NCBI RefSeq assembly: GCF_046119375.1 | Contig: NW_027362762.1 | Span: 357,616,001 to 357,680,000, forward strand | Direction: 5' to 3' | Origin: Phyllobates terribilis | Taxonomy: Eukaryota | Length of the DNA stretch: 64,000 nt | In this document: positions 1-11,361 of the stretch, piece by piece | How positions within the stretch are numbered: position 1 is the first letter of the stretch | Layout of the letters: each line of letters opens with the position of its first letter | Translations under genes and position numbers: made by a program | The notes under the pieces: generated by a model | Seen by the model: only the letters and a program-made list of their open reading frames with translations | What the model was told of the DNA's origin: nothing | Databases searched by the model: none

Positions 1-859
1 GCGGTGTTCGAGCCGTTCGGCGAACACGAACAATTTGAGAAAAATTCGGCTGTTCGAGGTTATGTTCGATAACTGTTCGTGCACCAAAATCATAACTGGA
101 TTTTTTCTCAGTAATGATGAAAATTAATGTTAATACGCAGTTTGAGTGTACAGCGGGGTGGGGGGAGGGGCAGGGGATGGATCTCTGCAGGAACAATGAA
201 GATCTCCATTTTTTTTTCTCTTTCCCGCATTTGCAGTGGGGAGGTGCAATCTGTCAGCCTATCAGCAGCGCACACACGGAGCGAAGTGCTTTTTTTCACA
301 GAAGCAAGGGCATGTGTCATTGGCAGTGTATGTCACATGTCCTTGCCCTATAAGACCAAGCCATTTTCCCCGTCGCCACCATTTTCTCACTGCTGCAGCT
401 GCGTGTTAGACGGCACCGCTGTTGCTGTGTGCGCTATACCTTGTTAATTTCAAGCCAATTTTCGCACAAATCTACAGATAGCTTGGGAGTAGGGAATAGT
501 TGTGATTGCAGTCCTTTTAAGGACTAGGTTACAGCATTTCCTACGACTTTTATCAGGCAGGTCTGTGCTCTTAAATAGATAGATTGTGGGAGTAAAGACT
601 AATTGTAATTGGAGTCCTTTTTAGGACTAGGTTACATCAGTTCCTATCAGTTTTTGCCAGGCAGGTCTGTGCCAGTGCTGTGCAAGTTTTTTTCACAGCA
701 TTTGGCTGAATCTAGCAAAGCTAATCCTTTTTGGCCTATTGCAGAGTGTGTTAGTCAGTGGAGTAGCCTATCTGTGTTGCAAGATATACCACCTGTGTAT
801 AGAATACCAATTTTTTTACTGCACCTAGTGAAGTAAAATCTTTTGGGCATAGCATCATT

Positions 860-2220
860 CTATTAGTCCATCTATACTGACCTCCATCAGGTTGCAAATT
901 GAATATAATTTTTTTCTGCATCTAGCTCTGAAAAAATATTGGGCTTCTAGCTGTGTGTGGGACTTGTTCTATTAATCCATCTATACAGACCTCCATCAGG
1001 TTGCAAACTGAATATATTTTTTTCTGCATCTACCTCTGAAAAAATATTGGGCTTCTAGCTGTGTGTGGGACTTGTTCTATTAATCCATCTATACAGACCT
1101 CCATCAGGTTGCAAACTGAATAAATTTTTTTCTGCATCTACCTCTGAAAAAATATTGGGCTTCTAGCTGTGTGTGGGACTTGTTGTATTAGTCCATCTAT
1201 ACTGACCTCCATCAGGTTGCAAACTGAATATATTTTTTTCTGCATCTACCTCTGAAAAAATATTGGGCTTCTAGCTGTGTGTGGGACTTGTTGTATTAGT
1301 CCATCTATACTGACCTCCATCAGGTTGCAAACTGAATATATTTTTTTCTGCATCTACCTCTGAAAAAATATTGGGCTTCTAGCTGTGTGTAGGACTTGTT
1401 CTATTAATCCATCTATACAGACCTCCATCAGGTTGCAAACTGAATATATTTTTTTCTGCATCTACCTCTGAAAAAATATTGGGCTTCCAGCTGTGTGTGG
1501 GACTTGTTCTATTAATCCATCTATACAGACCTCCATCAGGTTGCAAACTGAATATATTTTTTTCTGCATCTACCTCTGAAAAAATATTGGGCTTCTAGCT
1601 GTGTGTGGGACTTGTTCTATTAATCCATCTATACAGACCTCCATCAGGTTGCAAACTGAATATATTTTTTTCTGCATCTACCTCTGAAAAAATATTGGGC
1701 TTCTAGCTGTGTGTGGGACTTGTTCTATTAATCCATCTATACAGACCTCCATCAGGTTGCAAACTGAATATATTTTTTTCTGCATCTACCTCTGAAAAAA
1801 TATTGGGCTTCTAGCTGTGTGTGGGACTTGTTCTATTAATCCATCTATACAGACCTCCATCAGGTTGCAAACTGAATATATTTTTTTCTGCATCTACCTC
1901 TGAAAAAATATTGGGCTTCTAGCTGTGTGTGGGACTTGTTCTATTAATCCATCTATACAGACCTCCATCAGGTTGCAAACTGAATATATTTTTTTCTGCA
2001 TCTACCTCTGAAAAAATATTGGGCTTCTAGCTGTGTGTGGGACTTGTTGTATTAGTCCATCTATACTGACCTCCATCAGGTTGCAAACTGAATATATTTT
2101 TTTCTGCATCTACCTCTGAAAAAATATTGGGCTTCTAGCTGTGTGTGGGACTTGTTCTATTAATCCATCTATACAGACCTCCATCAGGTTGCAAATTGAA
2201 TATAATTTTTTTCTGCATCT
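860..2220 (+). repeat. 108-bp VNTR (~12.6 units) in the 5' region of hAT copy 1
   Basis: Unit CTATTA(A/G)TCCATCTATAC...GGGACTTGTT starts at 860, 969, 1077, 1185, 1293, 1401, 1509, 1617, 1725, 1833, 1941, 2049 and 2157 (last unit partial). Confidence 0.95.
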
Positions 2221-2337
2221 AACCCAGCCAATAGTTTTGGCCTAATACCACAGTTTGGCCACTCAGCTCTGCTCGGTTCCCATCCATTGTTTTTTTGTGC
2301 AAACAACTCCAGAGTTGTGAATTAGTTAACCACCAAA

Positions 2338-5300
2338 ATGAGTGGAAAAAGGCCTGCTGCTGGTGGAAAGGGGAATAGGCGTGTTGCGAAAGGGAAAAAA
2401 GGTTGTGTCCGTGGGGTAGGTGTTAAAGCAACAGTAACATCTGCAGAAGAAAGACCATCTTCCAGCCAAACTAAAATGTCTACTTCTTTTAGCGGACAGT
2501 GTGATAAGATCCCTTTCTTACGGCCACGCCAATCGCTACAAATTCCAGATGAGGCACAAAAACAGCAGGTGCTTCAACGGATATCAAGTGCTCCTTTAAG
2601 TGGGCTCTCCTCCACATCAACTTCAACATCACAAATACTCCAGTCCTCAAAGGTGTCACCCCAATCGCACTTGCTTCCTCACAGCTCCCAAATCTCCAGC
2701 TGCCCATCTGAGTATGAGGTAGAACAGATGGTTGAGTCTGCAGAGCTGTTTACTCATACTATAGCCTGGGAATCAGAGGTCGACTCCAGCGCTTCTGTGA
2801 ATCCAGACGAGGAAATGATCTGCACTGATGCCCAGAATCTTTATGAGTCGGATCCAGGACCAGACACAGAAGGTTCTGACCATAATGTAGACCCTCATTC
2901 CCAAACTGTAACTCCTGTTGGTGGAGACAATGAGGAAGATGATGATAAGACTCAAATACCTGATTGAAGCGACAACTTTAGTTTTTTGTCAGGGCAGGAA
3001 CAGGTTGGCTCTGAGGACGACGGGTGTGATAACGCACAGGGTGATGATGATGAGGTTGGAGATCCCACTTACTGTCAACCCACAGTCAGCCAAGAGATGA
3101 GGTCAGCAGAGGAGGTGGAGGAAAATGCTAGTGACGACGAGGTCAGGTTGCGCCTTCCTGGACAGAGACGTAGTACTGGAAGCACGTCAACAACTGCATC
3201 CTCAAACACAACTCTGCCTCTCACCACAAGTCGTGGTGGCTCTTCAGGTCGCATGGGTGCTAAGCCTTGCATAGCCTGGGCATTTTTTCAGATCGATAAA
3301 GATGACCCAACTCGTGTTATCTGTAACATTTGTCAGCAAAAGCTAAGTAGAGGCCAAAAAATACATAGTTTGAGTACTTCATGCATGAACCGGCACATGG
3401 ACATGAAGCATAAGTTGCAGTGGGAAGCTCAGTGTGCTACAATGCGGCCTAGCCGGCTGGGCCAACCACCGTCTGCCATATCTTGTGCATCCGCGGCCTC
3501 TTCATCCTCTGTGACTGGGGGGACAGCAGTCACACCTGTTTTGGGGCGCAGACCTGCCACCTCTTTACCCGCAACAGCCAGCGTGATTGGCAGGTCATCA
3601 TTTTCTTTGGAGGTGGTAACACCAGCTGGTGTTGAGCGCTGTCCAACATCGATAGCACCACCTTTGGATCAAGGCAACCTAACATGTCCGCCTGCATCTT
3701 CCTCACAGACCGGCAGTTTGCCGGGGACACCCTTATCAACCCCGTCTAAGCACAATAGCCAGCCCTCGGTCCCTCAGATGTGGACAAGTAAAAGACCATT
3801 TCCTCCTAACCATGAGAAAGCTAAGAGGTTGAATTTCACCATCTGCAAGCTCTTGGCTACAGAAATGCTGCCTTTCCGCCTGGTGGACACAGAGGATTTT
3901 CGAAACCTTATGTCCGTCGCAGTACCCCAGTACCAGATGCCCAGTCGGCACTACTTCTCAAAGAAAGGTGTGCCTGTGCTCCACCAGCATGTCGCACACA
4001 ACATCACCGCTTCTTTGAGAAACTCTGTGTGTGACAGGGTGCATTTCACCACAGACACTTGGACGAGTAGGCATGGACAGGGGCGTTACATGTCGCTGAC
4101 TGGGCACTGGGTAACTATGGTGACAGCAGGACAAGGGGCTGCTGTCCAAGTCTTGCCGTCCCCATGAGTTGTGCGTCAATCCTCTTTATGTCAAAGTTCC
4201 TCCACTGCTTCTGCCTCCTCAACCTCCTCTCGGTCTTCCACCTGCACCCAAAGCCTGTCTGGTCATGCCACAAGCTTTCTAACTGCGCAGAAGGGATCCT
4301 GCACACCTCCTTACTATGCTGGCAGTAGGGCTCAACGTCATCAGGCGGTTTTTACATTGAAATGTCTGGGAAATGTGAGTCACACAGCTGAGGAGTTGTG
4401 GTCAGCTCTGGAGAACCAATTTCATGAATGGTTGTCTCCACTGGACCTGAAACCAGGGAACGCCGTGTGCGACAATGCTGCAAACCTGGGTGCGGCCCTT
4501 CGCCGGGGCAATGTCACACACGTGCCTTGTATGGCTCACGTGTTGAACCTGGTTGTCCAGCAATTTTTAGCCCACTATCCCAGACTAGATGGCCTTCTGC
4601 AGAGGGCACGGTCGCTGTGTGCTCACTTCCGCCATTCGCATCCCGCAGCTCAGCGACTTACATCTCTACAGAAGTCGTTGGGCCTGCCACTTCACCGGCT
4701 AAAATGCGATGTGCCTACCCGGTGGAATTCAACTCTGCACATGTTGCAGCGACTGTGGCAGCACCGACAAGCCCTGGTGCAATACGTTCTGACGTATAGC
4801 CTGGGCCAACGAGATTCAGAGGTGGGGCAAATCACGCTGGAGGAGTGGTCTCAGATCAGGGACCTATGCACCCTTCTGCACAGTTTTGAAATGGAGACGA
4901 AGATGTTTAGTGCTGACGATGCCATTATCAGCATGACTATTCCGGTGATTTACATGCTGGAGCACATGTTAAACAGAATTCGGAGTCAGGTGGTGGCACA
5001 AGAGGAGGTGGAGGAAGTAGAGGAGGAGGAGTTGTACGCGGAAGGGCTAACATCTGCAAGGTCCAGACGGTCGGCAGCACCAAGGCGGCAGGCATGTGAG
5101 GGTGGGGGAGATGGTTTTACCAGGGCGCATGGTAGCAGCCAAACTAGTGAGGAAGGTGCAGGAGCCCAGGAAGAAGTGGAGGACGAACTGATGGAAGACT
5201 CATCAGATGAGGGAGACCTTGATCACATTTCTGTTGTGCGAGGTTGGGGGGAGAGGACAGAGGAAGGAAGCATGATTGTTACCTCGCCACCAACACAACA

Positions 5301-6039
5301 GGGTCTTGGTGCTCCTGGATGCGCAACACACATGAGTGCCTTCTTGCTGCACTACCTGCAACATGACCCTCGAATTGTGAGAATTAGAAATAATCCTGAC
5401 TACTGGGTTGCCACACTGTTAGATCCCCGGTACAAAAGTAAATTTGCAGAAATTATTCCTGCCATAGAAAGGGATGCACGCATGCAGGTGTATCAGCAGA
5501 GACTGTTGCAGAATCTTACATGTGCTTTTCCACAAAATACCAGTGGTGCACGTAGTGAATCTCACAGTTCCAACTTGCCAACCGTGGGACCGTCAAGTGT
5601 TCAGCACTCAAACCGTAACAGAACCACAGTATCTGCTGGTAACATCAATTTTGCGGAATCATTTCACCACTTTTTTAGCCCATCCTTTGCAAGGCCACAG
5701 GAGACAAGAAGTCTGACACATAGTCAACGCCTAGAGACGATGGTACAGGAGTATCTCCAAGTAAACATTGAAGCCACGACTGTGTCACTGGACCCTTGCT
5801 CTTTTTGGGCTTCCAATCTGGATAAATGGCCGGAGCTAGCCACTTACGCCTTGGAGATCTTGTCATGCCCCGCAGCCAGCGTTCTGTCTGAACGTGTGTT
5901 CAGCGCTGCTGGTGGTGTGCTGACAGATAAGCGCACGCGGCTCTCCACTGATAATGTAGACAGACTCACGTTCATAAAGATGAACAAATCATAGATCCGA
6001 AACGACTTTTCTACCCCTGTGTCATCCTGGGGAGAGTAA
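2338..6039 (+). pseudogene. hAT transposase (BED finger + DDE + C-terminal dimerisation domain), three in-frame stops
   Basis: Same frame as the copy 3 ORF, plus a 21-bp VKATVTS segment. Stops at 2965 (TGA, TGG in other copies), 4165 (TGA, CGA) and 5992 (TAG, TGG). Motifs ICNICQ..HMDMKH, FTTDTWTS, VCDNAAN, CMAHVLN, PTRWNS and SERVFSAAG are present. Confidence 0.95.
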
Positions 6040-6257
6040 AAGCTTGATGATTGGTTAAAATCACCCTACCAACCGTTTTAAGCTTTCAAAGTACTAATCA
6101 TGTTTATCTGTATCTTGGCTGGAAAATAATTTGGGCTTTGTAGCAGTGTGCAGCACTGATCCTATTAGGCCATCTATACTAAAGCTTCACCAGATTTAAA
6201 ATTAATAATAATTTTTAGCTGCATCTAGCCCGGAAAATAATTTTGGGTCTCCGAGAT

Positions 6258-6365
6258 GCGCAAGACACATAAGTGCCTTCATGCTGCATTACCTGCAGCA
6301 TGACCCTCATATTGTCAGAATTCGAAGTAATCATGACTACTGGGTTGCCACACTCTTAGATCCCC
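6258..6365 (+). pseudogene. Second, diverged hAT transposase remnant inside the element (continues at 7737..7805)
   Basis: 6258..6362 resembles 5321..5428 (FMLHYLQHDPHIVRIRSNHDYWVATLLDP vs FLLHYLQHDPRIVRIRNNPDYWVATLLDP); 7737..7805 resembles 5518..5588. Confidence 0.85.
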
Positions 6366-7735
6366 CAAACTTTTCGATCAACCTTTTCATTTTAATAAAG
6401 ACCAAAAAAATGGTCATTTTTGAAATTATAAGCATTAGCAGGTTGTTAGAAACTGAAATCAAACAGTTTTCAACTCAAAACTTTATTCTAGGTGATGTTA
6501 CATTTTCACATAGGACCCCTTGTTCGAAAGGAGCTTCTGAACTCTCTCGTCCATTGAATTTGTCAGGTTTTGGATGGTTTCTGCTTCAATTGTTTTGCAT
6601 GAGGACAGAATACCCTCCCAGAGCTGTTGCTTAGATGTGTACTGCCTCCCGCCATCATAGACACTCCTTTTAATGATGCTCCAAAGGTTCTGAATGGGGT
6701 ACAGGTCAGGGGAGCATGGGGGTCACACCATAAGTTTGTCCCCTTTTATGCCCATATCAGCCAGAGATGCAGATGTTTTATGTGCAGCATGAGATGGTGC
6801 ATTATCATGCAGAAAAATGATCTTGCTGTGAAATACACGGTTCTTCTTCTTGAACCATGGCAGGAAGTGCTGTTTGAGAAAATCCACATACATTATGGAG
6901 TTCATCTTTAGCGCCTTCAGGGATCCTAAAGGGGCCGACAATCTCTCTCCCCATGATTCCAGCCCAAAACATTACTCCACCTCCTCCTTGTTGGCGCTGT
7001 AGCCGTGTTTGCGTGGGGTGTCCATCAACCAGCCATCCTCCACTCCATCCATCTGGACCATCGAGCGCTGCACGGCACTCATCCGTGAACAAAACAGTTT
7101 TGAAATCAGTCTTCATGTAATGTTTGGCCCACTGGAGCCGTTTCTGCTTGTGTGAAGTGGATAGAGGAGGTCGACAGGATGGCGTATGCACAGCTGCAAA
7201 CCTCTGAAGGACCCTGCATCTTGTTGTTCGGGGGACGTTGGAGGCACAAGCAGCTTCAAAAACTTGTCTGCTGCTATGACAAGGCTTTTTTGCCGCTGCT
7301 CTTTCAACCTGACGTAATTGCCTGTAGGAAAGAGTCCTCAATTTGTCCTTATCAGCACGCACACGTGTGTACTGTGAATCAGCTACATACTTCTTGATTG
7401 CCAAGACACTTCATCCTGATCATCGCACAATGTTGATTGTAGTCATGCCTTGACCTAAACACTCCACAATTTGTTGCTTCTCAGCAGCCGACACATCCTT
7501 TTTCTTTCCCATTTTGGCAGAAAATGTAGGCTGCTTAATAATGTGAGACAGCCTTCTTAAGTAGTCTTGCCTTTCATTGGACACACCTGCCAAACTAATT
7601 AGCACAGGTGTCTGCAATTGCTTACAGTGATATAAAGAGCCCTGACACACATCACCATCAATGAGTTTAACTGACAAACAAATTCTTCCCTTATCACTCC
7701 TAAACACTTTTTGCATAATAATTTGGAACGCAGTG
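6366..7735 (-). mobile_element. Defective Tc1 cargo in hAT copy 1 (one TIR missing)
   Basis: TIR TTTGCATAATAATTTGGAACGCAGTG+TA at the right end. Transposase pieces MGKKKDVSAAEKQQIVECLG, VLFTDECR, FLHDNAPSHAA and PDLYPIQNLW (catalytic E replaced by Q), with stops and a frameshift. Confidence 0.9.
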
Positions 7736-7805
7736 TACATGTGCTTTTCCACAAAACACCAGTGGTTCACGTAGTGAATCTTACAGTTCTAACTTGCCAA
7801 CCGTG

Positions 7806-9630
7806 GTCTGTATGGAGTTGTTCAATAAAGGGCCCAAAATTAAGATAACATAGATGGGAGAGGTCTCTATGAATAGGAATTCCTAAGTATTTGATACCCT
7901 GTGAGGGCCAGGCAAAGGGAAAGTTGGACTGGATGGAATCCTATATGGATTTGGGGAGGGAGACATCGAGGGCCTCAGACTTCGCTGCATTGATTTTAAA
8001 ATTTGACCATGTAACAAAGTGATCTATTTCAGCCATAACAGCATGGATGGATATATTTAATTGAGTGATATATACTAGGACATCAGCAGCAAATAGAGAG
8101 CACTTGTACTCGGTGCCTCCCACCTCAATCCACCTAATATTGGGGTTATGCCGAATTGATGAGAGCAGGTGCTCCGTCACTAGGATGTATAAGAGAGGGG
8201 ACAGAGGACATCCCTGCCTTGTCCCATTGGTGATTGTGAAAGGTGATGAAAATGTTCTGATGCACCCCCTGGGCCTTGGGACACCCGGAGCCGGACCCTT
8301 TTTGGTGGATGCTGGTGGTTGTAGTCTTCGTGGCGGCGACCCGGTTCCGTGGCTCAGGGTGGTCAAACCAGTGGCGGAACTATTTATGTGGTTTTGATGT
8401 TTAAATGTCCGACTACGCCACCCGTGGATTGCAGTCAGAGTGAACCGCCGCTGCAGGGCAAACCGCTGAGGCTGGTGTTGTGGGTGCAGCAGAGCGTAGC
8501 ATAACTCCCCACGGGAGGAGTATAGCCTCAGGGCAGTGTATGCGGAGGATGGGGGTGATGGTGCAGGGCAGCAGCAGTAACGACACGGAGTCAGTGATGC
8601 AGTCCAGGGCCTTTACTCACAGTTCTTATTATCCAGACCACGTCTGCAGGTAACGGCTGCCCACGTCGTACTGTGCTCACCAGGTGAGGGGCTCAGACAA
8701 CTCCCAGATAACTTTGGAGCGCTTCACAGGACCCCCTTTGTGTGTCCTTTGTCTGGCCTTTCTTACCAACCCTTCTGTCCGGCTGCCTCGGGCCTCCTCT
8801 TGGTAAACTTGGCGCCAGTTTCCCTGACCCTATGTGGTGCCTTCCTAGCGGGTGTAGCGAGGGGCTGCGCCACATAAAATGTCACAGCCTCCGGTTTCTA
8901 GCTGAGGGTCGTTTCCTGCCTCCACTAGTTTCGGGGACCGGTCTCCCCCTTTGGCCTGACCCCTCCACGCAGGTGGATTCGGGCGTGCGGTGGTGACTCG
9001 CCCGTCCGCACCCCTGGGATCCCTTCATTCCTCGTTCCTGGAGCCTTCTCCGCTCCTCTTCCTTCCTTCTCCCTCTTCCAGGCCTGGGCCTCTGTTACTA
9101 GGCCCGCCTCCGGAGCAGAGCTCATGCAGAGCCCCTGCTTCCTGCCACTTCTGCTCAGACTTCTCTGTACTGAACTAAGATGGTGCCCACCTTTTATACT
9201 CCCTTCTCAATGCACCCAGGAACTGCTTCCTCCCTGCTCCTGCACTACAGGGTTCCCCTTCCTCAGTGTTCCCTCCCCCCACTCCAGCCAGGGACAGGGA
9301 CTGTCGTGCCCATCTCAGAGGCATATTGGTCGCCCTGCCCCACGGCAATGTGGTGTAATGCATGCAGGTGTCGGGTCCTGATCCACACTCCATCCTTACC
9401 TGAGAGTGAGATATCACACCTCTGGGTGAGGTGCAATACCTCTGTAGCAACCGAGCCCTCAGGGTGCTACAGTTCCATTTATCTTCAGCCTAGGTGACGT
9501 ATTGTGATACAGGGCCGTGATTTTGGCTATAAAAGGGTCCCCTAGACCCCTACCCGAAGCTTTTTAAGAGAATCATATATGGCGTGCCAGGAGACTCTAT
9601 GGAATGCTTTCTCAGCATCCAACGAGAGTA
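7806..9630 (-). mobile_element. L1-clade LINE reverse-transcriptase fragment, split by a solo LTR (hAT cargo)
   Basis: The minus strand reads LSLDAEKAFHRVSW..KINGT (9630..9472) and continues FSSPFTITNGTRQGCPLSPLL..CSLFA(A/D)DV (8257..7806). The frame rejoins exactly when the LTR and one GTTC are removed. Confidence 0.88.
8258..9471. mobile_element. Gypsy-type solo LTR inserted in the L1 fragment (hAT cargo)
   Basis: TG...CA ends with short inverted termini (GCACCC/GGGTGC) and a 4-bp TSD GTTC at 8254..8257 and 9472..9475. Confidence 0.85.
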
Positions 9631-9735
9631 TCTAATTACAAATTTTTAACTGCATCTAGCCCAGGAAATACTTTGTGCCTAGTAGCAGTGTCTGCTAGTC
9701 AGCGGATTATCCCGGCTGTTAAGCAAGCTACACCA

Positions 9736-10007
9736 CCTGTAGTTTAGACACTTAATTTTTTCAAAGGAAATGCTTCGGGACCATGGGATACTCAGTGAAG
9801 AGCATCAGGAGGCACCCCAAGGCATAGGGGCTGGGACTGGCAGTAGGATGCCTTGCGGTGGACAGCCGAGCTCGATCCTTATAAAAGCTTTTTAACTGCA
9901 GCAGCTTTAGTGGACGCTACTGGAGCTGGAATTACACGGCTGCTGGCATGAGACTTGCCCTCCAATAGATCCTTGTAAATGGATTTAAAGTGTATTCATT
10001 CAAATTA
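9736..10007 (-). pseudogene. Decayed 18S rRNA fragment (helix 18/530-loop region into V4) carried by hAT copy 1
   Basis: The reverse complement reads ...TGCCAGCAGCCGTGTAATTCCAGCTCCAGTAGCGTCCACTAAAGCTGCTGCAGTTAAAAAGC...GATGCTCTTCACTGAGTATCCC...TTTGAAAAAATTAAGTGTC, colinear with the universal 18S motifs GTGCCAGCAGCCGCGGTAATTCCAGCTCCAATAGCG, GCAGTTAAAAAGCTCG and TTTGAAAAAATTAGAGTGTTC (compared from memory, not by alignment software). Confidence 0.88.
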
Positions 10008-10488
10008 GAGAGACAATTTAAATTAAAAAGCTTAGAGCTGCCTCCACCACAGGGGGGCTCGCTCGACCCACCAGCGGACAGGCACCAGTATTGGGAGAGG
10101 GGGGCTGGCCATCAGGGTTCACCGCGGCTCTGGCACAAACCCGGTGACACGGAGGTGGCACGGGCAGGAGCGGACTGGCCGTGTCGGCTTCTCACTTTTT
10201 GGATTTTAGAAGGGCATGACATGCCTATATCTGTGTCTCCCCCTCCTTTTACTCCTCCACCTCTTTTATTTTCGCATGACTATATGTACTTGTCACTTTT
10301 CCATGTGTTAGTTATGTCTTCTGAGCAGTTTGTCAGCTTTTGGACACCTTTGAAGGTGTTTTCTATGTGTTTCTATGTGTTTTTGTTTGCCTGCCATTGG
10401 TTTTAACGGTGTTCGAACAGTTCGGCGAACACACGGGTGTTCGACGAACCGAACCGAACTCGAACACTACGGGGGTGGCTCAACACTA

Positions 10489-10887
10489 ATGCTGATATCA
10501 AAGCAACCTGGGCTTCCATAACACCTCAGCAGTGCCATAGGCAGATCGCCTCCATGCCACGCCACATTGATGCAGTAATTGATGCAAAAGGAGCCCCAAC
10601 CAAGTATTGAGTGCATTTACTGAACATACATTTCAGTAGGCCAACATTTCAGCTTTAAAAAAAAAAATTCAAGCTGTTGTTATATAGTATTCTAATTTAC
10701 TGAGATAATAACGTTTGTGTTTTCATTGGCTGTAAGCCATAATCACCAACAATAACAGAAATGAACACTTGAAATAGATCACTCTGTTTGTAATGACTCT
10801 ATATAATATATGAGTTTCACTTTTTGTATTGAAGTACTGAAATAAATTAACTTTTTGATGATATTCTAATTTAGTGAGATGCACCTG
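10489..10887 (+). mobile_element. 3' end of a Tc1 element interrupted by hAT copy 1
   Basis: Encodes IKATWASITPQQCHRQIASMPRHIDAVIDAKGAPTKY*, a typical Tc1 C-terminus, and ends ...GAGATGCACCTG+TA. Confidence 0.8.
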
Positions 10888-11361
10888 TACTTGCATTTGA
10901 CTTGATCAACTCTCTTTAGGGCTTAATTAGTCTTGGGTCACAACCAGCTTAGAAAACCTGAAAGTACCACCCCTTATCATCATATAACAGTAAGTAAGTA
11001 CAAATAAAGATAATAATCTTATGAAAATAAGCAAACCTAATATTAACAAACTAAATGTATTTAGAATTTCCTAATATTCACGTATTCCTAACATTAATGG
11101 GTTCAGATTCTAGAGAGACACCAGAGCATAACAAGAAACATTTGATTCACATTGAATTAACTTTGATGCAAGTCAAACTTCTTCACCAAATTCGACCGAA
11201 CTTTCATATGCAATTTTCTGCAGATTTGCTCATCACTATAATCTTACAAACTCATTAAACTGAAAAAATAAAATGTAAAAGTAAAAAGGCAATGTATCAT
11301 AAATTCTAAAAAGCTGTAATATACCTCAAATGTCAACAAAAAGTACAACTGACCAAGTTAA

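Larger units (their letters stand above)
1..10488 (+). mobile_element. Composite hAT transposon, copy 1 (left ~59 bp lie outside the window)
   Basis: Colinear with the complete copy at 34544..44016; window base 1 corresponds to ~34603. Ends in right TIR GGCTCAACACTA at 10488, followed by ATGCTGAT (predicted TSD). Inserted into a Tc1 whose 3' end resumes at 10489. Confidence 0.95.

Noticed and set aside
860-2220. Regular repeat array resembling a CRISPR locus
   Set aside because: Units are head-to-tail with no unique spacers, there are no cas genes, and the context is a vertebrate transposon.
2489-5866. Many short overlapping or antisense ORFs repeated in all hAT copies
   Set aside because: Shadow frames of the transposase; they recur only because the copies are young.
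9736-10007. Functional 18S rRNA gene or contaminating rDNA
   Set aside because: Only ~270 bp, with substitutions and indels in universally conserved positions, embedded identically in transposon copies.
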